From Vitrella brassicaformis CCMP3155 (taxonomy: Eukaryota; Protista; Chromerida), in the NCBI GenBank assembly GCA_001179505.1, contig CDMY01000440.1, positions 12,120 through 76,119 on the forward strand: a stretch of DNA of 64,000 nucleotides, given 5' to 3'. Position 1 is the first letter of the stretch. The number at the start of each line of letters is the position of its first letter. Below are positions 1 to 10,300 of this stretch, piece after piece. Under the pieces are notes generated by a model. The model saw nothing but the letters and a program-made list of their open reading frames with translations, searched no databases and was not told the DNA's origin. Both the position numbers and the translations under genes were made by a program.

Positions 1-266
1 AACACACGTATTCACATCATGGGACTTTCCTGCAGTCGACACCCAGTCCCTCCAGCCCATCTACTCACATGCCGCCTCAAGAAGTGATTCCTCCGCCGCA
101 GCTAAGCTAAAAGCACAACTCTCTCGTGCTAGGTTCTTCGCTAACAGCACCACCAGTCGACGAACAGCCTCACCTAAACATACACACACACGCACACACA
201 CAAAAATGTCATCAAGGCACTCAATGGATGCACCATTGTGGCTCACTTGTGTGTGTCTCCTCTCCT

Positions 267-1706
267 CTACTCTGGTATTAGGTGGGCCAGTCCATGTTTG
301 GTCAACAGGGTGCGGACCAGCGGCGTGGTGATGGGGAACCGACCAGAAAGCCGCTGGCTCTCGATCTCCGCCTCGGTTGTGTAGAGGAAGATGCGGCCGT
401 CGCACAGCACCAGGTAGGCGGCGATGTCGCCCTCCTTAGTGCCCTTGAGGATGATAAATCGCTCCCGCTCATCCCCACCCTCCCCCTCCTCGTAGACGTA
501 GTCGATGGTGGTGTAGCCTCCGATGGGACCGGTCAGCAGTCGTTGATAGCGCTCATCGCCACAGCCAACTCTCACCCGGAATGCCCCCGTCTCGTCCACC
601 CCCTGTTGCTCACACCAGTCGCACAACACCATCCTTCTCATAAAGGCCGTGAATGAGGGGTAGAGCCAGTCACCGTAGCGGATGGGCGGGTTGCGGGAGT
701 CATATGTGCGGCCGTAGGGATGGCGGGGAGGGAGGGCGGATTTGGGCACCGTCTCGAACTCCCACCTGCCCTCGTCGTCTCCGATGCGATACCACTGTCG
801 CGTCACCCCACCGTCCCCCTTCATCGGCTCGTCCGTCTGCCCGCTCCCACCGCCCTCTCCTTCGCTGCCCTCCTCTCCATCCTCCTGCCAGTCCTCCTTC
901 TTGCCCTCATTGCCCTCCTCGGCCCCATCCACCTTCTCGATCGCCAGACTGGTTCCCCAGTACTTGAGGAGGTGGCCGAATGTGCTGTACTGGCGAAGGG
1001 CGAGGGGCATGCTGTGGAAGTGGGCCTTGGTGGGCAGGTGGGCCGCCATCCACTCCGGCGACATGATCAGGGGCAGGCCGTCGGTCAGCTTGTAGATGTC
1101 AGCCAGCCGGATGAAGTCGGGCCACTCACACCACACCGCCCCGCCCTGCTCGAGTGCATACGCACACTTGGTGTAGTACTGGAACGGCCTATCCACGTCG
1201 ATGAGGCCCCGCAGCGACCGGCGGGTGAGGTCCGTGTCGATGCGGGCCTTCACGAAGGTTTCATCGACGAGCTCGGTGCCGCAGCTTTTGCTGACTGCTC
1301 GTGCTGAGCTGACGGCCACGTCGACGGGCAGGAACCGAGTCACGACGTCACGGTACAGATCCTCGGACAGAGGATTGGCTGTACCATTGTCCGTGTCGGC
1401 TGTGGTGTGTTCGGCGTGAGTGGCGGCGGGATGGGCAGCTGATGGGGAGGGATGGGGGTGTGAGGGAGGGGTGGGGGAGGGGCTCATCGCCGCCATGCCT
1501 TGTGTGATGGCGGTGAGGGCGCCAGAGGCGGCCGAGATGCTGCTCTTGAGGGTGGACCAGTGAGAGGAAGCAGACGGCACCTGAGGCCATCGACACAGAC
1601 AGAGAGGAATGAGTCATGGCGGCAGTGATGCTGGCATGTAGCCTCTTACCTTGGCAGCGACATTGGCGACGAACGAGCCTTCAATGTTCGTCACATCACA
1701 CCCCAC
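267..1706 (-). CDS. Lineage-expanded hypothetical protein with F-box-like motif, copy 1 (5' exons lost in assembly gap)
   Basis: Large terminal exon 267-1580 begins after a CAG acceptor and is intact to TAG. Upstream 57-nt exon 1650-1706 (VGCDVTNIEGSFVANVAAK) has GT/AG borders. F-box-like segment LSEDLYRDVVTRFLPVDVAVSSARAVSK. Clearly paralogous to 2038-3417 and 29598-31352 (shared CxYALExGGAVWCEWPDFIRLADIYKL). Confidence 0.8.
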
Positions 1707-1737
1707 CTGACCAACACCACGGCCGAGCTGTGTGTGT
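1489..1737. repeat. 249-bp exact direct repeat, copy A (copy B at 2805-3053)
   Basis: Base-by-base identity at offset 1316, covering two exon parts and intron sequence; runs up to the N gap. Confidence 0.9.
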
Positions 1738-2037
1738 NNNNNNNNNNNNNNNNNNNNNNNNNNNNNNNNNNNNNNNNNNNNNNNNNNNNNNNNNNNNNNN
1801 NNNNNNNNNNNNNNNNNNNNNNNNNNNNNNNNNNNNNNNNNNNNNNNNNNNNNNNNNNNNNNNNNNNNNNNNNNNNNNNNNNNNNNNNNNNNNNNNNNNN
1901 NNNNNNNNNNNNNNNNNNNNNNNNNNNNNNNNNNNNNNNNNNNNNNNNNNNNNNNNNNNNNNNNNNNNNNNNNNNNNNNNNNNNNNNNNNNNNNNNNNNN
2001 NNNNNNNNNNNNNNNNNNNNNNNNNNNNNNNNNNNNN
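1738..2037. other. Assembly gap (300 N)
   Basis: Run of exactly 300 N; same size as the second gap, so probably a placeholder length. Confidence 1.
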
Positions 2038-3417
2038 GGGCGGATGAGATGGGCGTGGCGGATGGGCGGATTGTGGGGGTCATATGTGTGGCGGTAGGGA
2101 TGCTGGGGAGGGAGGGAGGGCGGACAGCGGCACCGTCTCGACCGACTCCGATGCGATACCGCTGTCGCGTCACCCCACCGTCCCCTCCATCTCCCCCGCC
2201 CTCCTTCTTGCCATCGTCGGCCTCATCCAGCTTTGTGAGCACCAGACTGGTGCCCTTGCAGTTGAGGAGGTGGCCGAATGTGCTGTACTGGCGAAGGGCG
2301 AGGGGCATGGTGTGGAAGTCGGCCTTGGTGGGCAGGTGGGCCGCCATCCACTGGGGCGACATGATCAGCGGCAGACCAGTCGAGGGCGTCAGCTTGTAGA
2401 TGTCAGCCAGCCGAATGAAGTCGGGCCACTCACACCACACCGCCCCGCCATGCTCGAGGGCATACGCGCACTTGGTGTAGTACTGAAACGGCCTCTCCAC
2501 GTCGATGAGGCCCAACAGTGACCGGCGGGTGAGGTCCGTGCCGATGCGGCGCAGCACGAAGTCCTCATTGATGAGCTCGGTGCCGTAGAACGTGTTGGAC
2601 GTGCGGGCTGGGCTGATTGCGTCACTGATGGGGAGGAAACCGACAATGTGGTCGCGATAGAGATCTGTCGGCAGGCGGTTCTCCGTGCGACGAGCCGCGT
2701 TGTCAACATCAGCAGCAGCTCCAGTGTGTGTGGTGTGAGTGGGGGCATAGGCACCTGGAGGCGATGGATGGGGGGCTGGGGGAGGAGTGGGGGGTGGGCG
2801 AGTGGCCGCCATGCCTTGTGTGATGGCGGTGAGGGCGCCAGAGGCGGCCGAGATGCTGCTCTTGAGGGTGGACCAGTGAGAGGAAGCAGACGGCACCTGA
2901 GGCCATCGACACAGACAGAGAGGAATGAGTCATGGCGGCAGTGATGCTGGCATGTAGCCTCTTACCTTGGCAGCGACATTGGCGACGAACGAGCCTTCAA
3001 TGTTCGTCACATCACACCCCACCTGACCAACACCACGGCCGAGCTGTGTGTGTGGATGTGTATCGTCATCGCGTCCCTCACCTGTGTCACTTGTGCCAGC
3101 AGTACTGAGAAGCGCCGCTGCACCTCCTCAAAACTAAGACTCCCGCCGGCCGCCTGCACACGGACACAGAAGACACACAGAGTTGTGATGGCGCACAGAG
3201 GGCGGTCAAAGGTGTATGGGACAGACGCCCACCGATGCGTCATGGGCGGCATCTATCGGGTCCTGCGATGACATCCCACTCATCTCGTGATCTGACAACA
3301 CACAGCACATCATCTGTTCATACCATGCTTCGCCCCCATCCTCTCCATCTCCCTCAGCTCACCTGCGGCAGGCGGGCCGTCGATGCGCCTCCGCTTGGCG
3401 CTATCAGCACCAGACAT
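2038..3417 (-). pseudogene. F-box-like family copy 2, frameshifted near its 3' end
   Basis: Reconstructed exons: MSGADSAKRRRIDGPPAA (3363-3417), DHEMSGMSSQDPIDAAHDAS, AAGGSLSFEEVQRRFSVLLAQVTQ, VGCDVTNIEGSFVANVAAK, then the large exon. Against copies 1 and 3 there is a 17-nt deletion at about 2142-2148 and a 4-nt expansion in the GGGA run at about 2105-2120; the net change is out of frame. The lesions lie near a contig end, so they could be assembly error. Confidence 0.65.
2805..3053. repeat. 249-bp exact direct repeat, copy B
   Basis: Identical to 1489-1737. Confidence 0.9.
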
Positions 3418-3612
3418 CTCAAAGACACGCTAATTAATTATCAACAGGCGCCACGAAGCGGAAACGGCGCCTGACGCGTCGCTGAAGGGCAAGGGGGCGA
3501 TCCTTTTTCCATCACCAGGGCCGATTAGCGGCTCCTTCCGCCAATGCGCACCGACGCCATCCTTCCTCGCCCTCCTTTGTCCTCTTCTCCTTCGTCGCCG
3601 ATCGGATCGCGG

Positions 3613-3619
3613 TGCGAGC
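3613..3619. promoter_or_regulatory. TGCGAGC half-site in divergent spacer (family copy 2 / distant paralog)
   Basis: Exact match to the motif recurring in divergent spacers. Confidence 0.4.
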
Positions 3620-3738
3620 TACCAAATGGAGAAGCGGAGGCGCCGACGGAGAGAGAGCATATGGGAGACCATCTCAACAACGACTGAGAATCAAGAAAGA
3701 TCCTATGTGATCTTGACGCTCCCTCCGATCTGCTCAGC

Positions 3739-4911
3739 ATGGCTACTCGGTCTGGTGTGAATCGTGCCCGCACCCCTCCCCGTGGTGGTGTGTGTTTCTT
3801 CTTCGCCCAGCTGGACGGCGCTATCCACCGCATCATCGCCGTCGACATGTGTGACGTGCCCTCCTCCATCGCCCTACGCGCGACGGACACCACCTCCCGT
3901 CGACTGGTGACCCTCACCGCCATGATCCAGCGATTTGACAAGGCCGTCGAAGCCGCGGGGATGCACCGGCTGTTGGACATCGTCCGCGAGGCTGGCGAGA
4001 TACCCGACAGACTCAAGGACAGACTGACGCTCTTCGGCTACGTGGTGCAGTCGCTTCATCTGGTGGAGAGCACCAGCCTCTGGCGGAAGCGATGGGCGCC
4101 GGCCATCCATTTCGCGAGCAAGATCGGACTTCTGACAGATCCGCTGCCGCTGACGGTAGATCCTGACGCCTTGGTCGAGCACATGTACAGCAGGACGGCC
4201 CTCGAGCAGATGCCGCAGGCAGTGGCGCAGTTCGCAGCACTCAGCGGTCAGTTCGCCAATGGCGCAATTCGTCTGACCACAAACAGCGACTCTCGGCCGG
4301 GCGAGTTCTGCATCAGTGATTTTCAGCGATTCCGGTGTCTGCTGCGCCGTGACGAGATGCCGATGGACCACGAATACAGGGCGGCGTATGACCCGCTCAA
4401 CCCCGCCGTGGTGCAAGGCGAATCGTACATCTTCTCGAGCTTCTCGGGATTCGCCACCCAGCTCATCTGCCAGTGTCGGAGGGGCTATGGGAGCGTCTTC
4501 CTGCCGCCCCACCTCCAGCACTCGCCCTTCCAGAGGGGGGGGGAGTGCTCCTTCAGCGGCACCGACAGTCGGCATGCCCTCGCCACTCGCCTGCTCACCC
4601 ACGCCCCCCTCGCCAGCCACACGACAATCGACTTCCAGAACGGATTCAATCTGCCCAATTTCCCCGAGTTCGTGGCCAGGCATCGTTTTGTGGTGCTGGC
4701 GGGCGACAAGCTGACGGACCCCTTTGCCGCCTACATAGAGGTGGCCCAAGAGCTCATCACGCGCATTCGCACGGAGATCTACACGACCGAACCGAAGGTG
4801 GCTGGGGTGAGTGCCGGCATCGTGGGGTTTCCGACGAGTGTGAACGACGCCAGGCGGGTGATGGGAGAGATGGGGGTCAAGTTGGAAGATTTGCGCATGA
4901 CACTCAACTAG
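3739..4911 (+). CDS. Distant intronless member of the same expanded family
   Basis: 390-aa uninterrupted ORF. C-terminal motifs align in order with copy 1: YRAAYDPLNPAVVQGESYIFSSF vs YGRTYDSRNPPIRYGDWLYPSF; RLLTHAPLASHTTIDF vs RLLTGPIGGYTTIDY; RFVVLAGDK vs RFIILKGTK; IYTTE vs LYTTE. Confidence 0.75.
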   Translation: MATRSGVNRARTPPRGGVCFFFAQLDGAIHRIIAVDMCDVPSSIALRATDTTSRRLVTLTAMIQRFDKAVEAAGMHRLLDIVREAGEIPDRLKDRLTLFGYVVQSLHLVESTSLWRKRWAPAIHFASKIGLLTDPLPLTVDPDALVEHMYSRTALEQMPQAVAQFAALSGQFANGAIRLTTNSDSRPGEFCISDFQRFRCLLRRDEMPMDHEYRAAYDPLNPAVVQGESYIFSSFSGFATQLICQCRRGYGSVFLPPHLQHSPFQRGGECSFSGTDSRHALATRLLTHAPLASHTTIDFQNGFNLPNFPEFVARHRFVVLAGDKLTDPFAAYIEVAQELITRIRTEIYTTEPKVAGVSAGIVGFPTSVNDARRVMGEMGVKLEDLRMTLN

Positions 4912-5150
4912 ACACTCTGAGGGGCTGGGGTGGCTGGGTTCTGTGTGAATGTGAGGTTGTTCGGTGACTTTATGTGGGCGCGTGGGGATCAGTGTCGGTG
5001 CATCTGTCTGTTGGACGCGTATTTGCAAGGCCGTGTGTGCCTTTCTTTGAGAAACGCGGTGCCGTGCGTATGAGCGACTGCGTGTGTACATGAACAAACG
5101 TACATACAATCGATTCGGTGCTCGGTTTCCATTGCGACCCATCACGCATC

Positions 5151-7086
5151 TCACTCCGCCTGTATGATCCTTTTCTCACACAAATCTGACAGGCCCGACT
5201 CACTCATGCCCAATAACCCAGCCAAGATCTCCTTCGTGTGCTCGCCCAACCGCGGACCGGCCCAGTTTGTCTGCCCAGGGGTCTTCGTGAGCTTGGGGGG
5301 GATGGCGGGGATCTTCAGGGGCTCTTGCGTCGGCCCCGTGTGGACCTGCTCGAACATGCCCCTTGCGATGTAGTGCGGGTCGGAACACATGTCACGCACC
5401 TGCCGAGCAACCCCCCACACATCCATGAGGGCCGTGGACGAATGTGTTGTCGTGAGTCTCTAGACCGACCGAGTAGATGGTTCCGACCGGCACACTGACC
5501 AATCCAGCCTCGAGTATCTGCTGCACCTCATGAGACGCTAGTGTTGACGTCCACGCGGCGATGGCGCCGTCCACCTCCTGCATGGAACCATGGCGGAAGG
5601 ACAGGCAGACGAGCAGCAAATGAATGCATGTACTGCCTGCAAGCACCACTGCGCACCTCCTGGTGTGTGACGCGTCCCTCGTTGGAAGCCAGTCGGGGAT
5701 CATCAGCAAGGTCGTGTCGACCGGCGGCAACCATCAGCCGCTTGAAGAGGGAATCACTGATAAGCAACACAAGTCACACATACAGAGACATCCGTAGACA
5801 CCTGCGCCAACGCACCGTTGTACCCGTTCGCTCCGATGACAACCCAGTGTCCGTCCTTGCAGGGGTAGGTGCCTGTCGGCACTATACCTGCACACACCAC
5901 AGATGCACGCTCATGCGTCATTCATGCACTCACATGCGCATCATGCTGCTGCTGCTGCTGTGTCGGAGGCCAGCTAACCCACCCACCTGTGACGGTTGTC
6001 CCTGCCGGCTCTCTGACCTCCCCCAGCCGGTCATATTCGGGTACACACGCTTCCATCAAGCCGAAAACCGATTCATAGATCGCACAGTCGACGTCCTGAC
6101 CCTCACCCACGCCACCAGTTGCCGACGCCTTCTGCCGGCTCAGCAAGGCTAGCAGCACCCCTAGAGCCGCGTTCTGTGCCGCTAAGGTGTCACCGATAGA
6201 CAGGTTCGGCCGAATCGGGGGCCCGCCAGGCATGCCATTCACGTATCTAAAGCCCCCGAACGCCTCGCACACTGATGCGAATCCGGGCTTGCTGCGATAG
6301 GGCCCCGTCTGTCCATAGCCACTGATGCGAGCGACGATGAGAGATGGGTGGCTCTCCCGCAGGGTCGTCGGGCTCATATGCCATTTCTCCAAGCTGCATC
6401 GAATCAATGGAATCAATGCAAACAAGCTGGCATGAACATCCGTCCCTCGATTCATCAGCACTACCTGGCACCCTACGTGCCAGGTTTGAAGTTCTCCACG
6501 AGTACGTCGCACTTGGCGACCAGCTGACGAATGATATCGCGGCCTTCGTCTTGGCGGAGGTCGACGGCTAAGGATTTCTTGTTGCGTGCGATAGAGTACC
6601 ACCACAACGACGTCCCTGGAGGAAGAGTGACAGACAAGCCGTGTGCCCCTGAGGCTCCGCCCCTCTTCCCTCAGGTCCTACCCGTTTCATCCAGCTTCCG
6701 CCATTTCCTACACAGATTCAGCCATCCATCCATCGCCCCCATCTATGCATCACTCTCCGCCGCACACCTGATGCCATCTCCCAGCCCTGGTGGCTCGACT
6801 TTGATGACGTCGGCACCCCAATACGCCAACAGAGCACCTGTCCACCCTCCTGAAAAGCAAACGAAGGACGAACGAAACCAAAAGCACATGATTCCATTGC
6901 AGAAGTCAGTACGACGATGCAATTGCGACGATTCATTGCACAGCCTCTCCCTCCACATACCTGCAATGAACTGGCTCAGCTCCAGCACCTGGTTCAGTTC
7001 GAGAACACACAGATCAACAAAGAGGGAAGCATGATGAGTCGAAAGGCGCTTACTCTGATTCCCGAAAGCGGCCTCTTGGCGGACAT
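5151..7086 (-). CDS. CoA-transferase family III (CaiB/BaiF; formyl-CoA transferase/SUGCT-like)
   Basis: Spliced model MSAKRPLSGIR|VLELSQFIAG|GWTGALLAYWGADVIKVEPPGLGDGIR. Later motifs include TSLWWYSIARNKKSLAVDLR, DVLVENFKPGT, ISGYGQTGPYRSKPGF, NLSIGDTLAA and the C-terminal AGPRLGEHTKEIL. Includes a 28-nt microexon at 6961-6988. Confidence 0.95.
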
Positions 7087-7196
7087 CCTTCGCAAGAAGA
7101 CGTGAACGCGCACGCAGTGCGTTGGAGGCAAACCAAAGGATGAGATCTATATAGATCACATGATCCGATGCCTCCTCGTGAGGCCAGTACCTCTAA

Positions 7197-7203
7197 GCTC
7201 GCA
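7197..7203. promoter_or_regulatory. GCTCGCA half-site (preceded by TAA) in divergent spacer CoA-transferase / PKD-like
   Basis: TAAGCTCGCA, identical to the spacer plus right arm of the palindrome at 33836. Confidence 0.45.
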
Positions 7204-7349
7204 TGCGATCCCCAGCGCCTTTCCTTCCCTTCCCTCCCTTTTCCCTGTACCCATAAACAAAGTGTGCTCTCATCTAAGCAACCCATCTTTTTTTTCGGCG
7301 CCGCACCGTGCCCCCAACCGCTGCCATCGCATGCATCCGTACGAATGAA

Positions 7350-10300
7350 ATGGTGTGTTTTCGACTCCATACGCTTCTGCTGGGCATGGCCCTTCGCTTC
7401 GCCGCCTCTCTGTCGGCCGGCACCACGAACCATGCATTACGAGGCCCGGGGCGCTTGCCCATCGGCACCAGCGACACAGGGCCGCTCAGAGATTCTGTGG
7501 TTTCCACTCATCTTGGACGGCAGCTGCAGGCGCTGAGTAAGCAAGCACCCACAGAACGACGTGTTGCATCATGCTTGCCCTCGATCTCTTTTCTGTTGCA
7601 TTCACTCAGGCGATGATTCGCCGAGTGAAGTGGCGATAAGGAGGAATGTGGCTGGGGATCTCAGCGTCAGGCTTGCGCAGGGTGATTCCGTCAATCAGGA
7701 CAACGTCAGGTAAGCATGGACCGATTAAGATGATGAACTCCTAATTCAATCGTTCTGTGTGGTCAGGATGCTCGTTTTCCCGGAGAGTGCGTTGAACGAC
7801 AATGAGACATGCGCTGATCTCGAGCCGGGCACGCGGACCTGGAGAGGGGACTGGCCAACCAAACTTTTCAAGCAGTTCTCACTCCCCTGCTGGCTCGGCA
7901 CACATGAAAGAAGTTGCTATGCTCACATGATAGACCTGGTCCCAGCAGTTGACAGCCAAGGCAGGACCCTTACTTGGTGAGTGATTCGGGCCCACGTATT
8001 GCCCAGCTCTCTTTTTGTCATACAGGAGTTTTCAGCTGACCGAGAAAGGGGTGTATCACATGTGTCTATGCCTCCCATCATCTGGCACCTGCGATGCTGA
8101 CCTCCAGGATGGCAACTTTCGATATGGGGCGTATCCGATTGACGGACCGAAAATCATCGTCTACTCGCCAGGTGTTGAAAGCACACTGAGATATGGCTCG
8201 ACGTCGGAACGCAGAAGGCTTTCGCCCTCAGCAAGCGTCGAGTCATCGAATCAACAGACCCAGTACCTGTTCACAAACAAGAAAGGCAATATCATTCTGT
8301 TCGGCAACGATATCGAGACACATCATGGGTAAAGGCAGATATCACAGTCACACGCCTTCAGAAGATGTCTCTTGCCTTGCATGTTGGCGTTCAGCATTGT
8401 ACTTGTTGAGGACCCCAATGGCGTCTACGATTGCACGATCACTCAACCAGGGGAGTGGACGGACAAGAAAGACGCCCAACCCGATGGGCTAATTCAGCCG
8501 GACAATGTGGTGCGAATGATGAAACGAACGGACGGATCCATCGCTGCACACTATCTTTGTCCATGCAGACGAGCTTCGGTCCAAGTACTGCAGCTGTGTG
8601 GAAGGATGTCCACATCACGGACGGCGGCCGATACCGTGTGTGCTTCTGCGGCGGGCCGGTGGGACATTGTGAGGATGGCGACAACGCACCAATACAGGGA
8701 CCACCAGTGATGGTCGTCGACTCAGGTAGGGAGACATCCAAGGACGACAGTAAATTCGTGTGGCCGTCGATCCCGCATTTTTGTGTGTGTGGGCACGTAT
8801 CAGTCTCCGTTCACTCGGAGAAACATACCGTGACCAAGGACTGGCCGCAGCACATCTACATTGCCCGCAAGGGCAGTGCAGATCCAGGAGAAGAGCCGTC
8901 CCAAACAGACAGGTAAGCAGAAACCAACAATGGACGGAATACAAATGAACTGTCAAGTTGATCAACATCTCAGCGTTGAATTCAAGATGCTAATTCCCGG
9001 AAAGGATACCTGCGGCGACCTGACTCACCCACATCTGTCGTCCGCTGAAGTGTCCCGGGACCCGCCTCACTACCCATGGACACTCAACATCACTGTATGC
9101 GGATCCGGAAAGGCCAAAGCACATTTTCCGGTTGCTTTTCACGCCTCATTGGCCTTGTGTTACTTGCGTGCCCTTCAGAACTCGTCTATCCGGGTGTCGA
9201 CTCTCCTTTTCAAAGAGGCACACGTGCCGGGTGTCGATCCAGATGTCTACCGGATTTGTCATTGTCAGTCCGACTCACTCACCAATTGCGACGGAGTGAG
9301 TGGCTTCAAACAAATGATGGGCTACGTGCAGGTGCTCGAAGGTAAACAAAATGACGACAAAAGACAAATCGCTTCGCACCGTCGATTCTCGCCTTGCGCG
9401 GTCGTGTTCAGCTGCCGAGGTCACCGCCTTCGTAGAGGGCGCCTACGAGACATCTCAAGCCTTCAACCTGACACTAAATGGGACGAACTTCAATTCAGGA
9501 AACAGGCAAGCAGGCAGATGTGTCGACGAATGGTGTATATCCAGTCGTTTTTCTGGATCAGGATTCTCATTGTGGAGTCGGTCGACGAGAACCATAACTG
9601 TGGCGACCATGAAGGACAGCTGGCTCCAACAGATGCCGCCAAAGGCTACAATGCGTCATCTAGCTTTGGCGACTACTATGTTGATGGGAACGTCTCAGAC
9701 GACCTCAACCAGATCACGTGGACAGTGCACCTGTGGGCCCCCGGCACGTACGCGGTCTGCTTCTGCCCTCACATGCAGTGTGTGGATTATGAGGCGTTGG
9801 GCATCGACTTAAAGGTAAGCAAAAGACATCGTTGCCGCTGCCATGGTCGTTCTCATTCGGATGTGTCTGTCAGACCAACTCTGCAGTGCATGCTGGCACC
9901 ATCACCATTTCCTATCCACCCTTCTACGCCACCATGCGTATCCTCACGCCAGTTTATACAAATCAGAACGAATTTAAGATGGAGATCGAGTTCTCTCTGA
10001 GTGTTGTGCAGTCAGGTGGGGCGATAGGACACACACATGAAAGCGGTCTGACGCACTTTGGCTCTCTGTCTGCAGATGACACAACGGCAGCTCAGAGCAC
10101 CATCGAGGTCAGCAACGGCCAGATCACCCTCTTTAACGTCCTCTCGCCCCAGAAATGGCAGCTCGAGGTGCAGGGCGATTTGTCTCAGTCTGAGGTCCGT
10201 CGCCACTGAGGCATTGGTGACGCGCAATCTTGAGACCACTTGTTGCGTTGGCTTCGTTTCAGGCGGAGGCATCTGTGCAGGAGGTGGCCGTCATCCTGCA

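Noticed and set aside
1616-2097. ORFs spanning N runs (also 44656-45783)
   Set aside because: Artefacts of translating through assembly gaps; only the 45402-45672 portion is a real exon.
8861-10000. 379-aa ORF within the receptor gene
   Set aside because: A chance open frame crossing several introns; only parts are the true coding frame.
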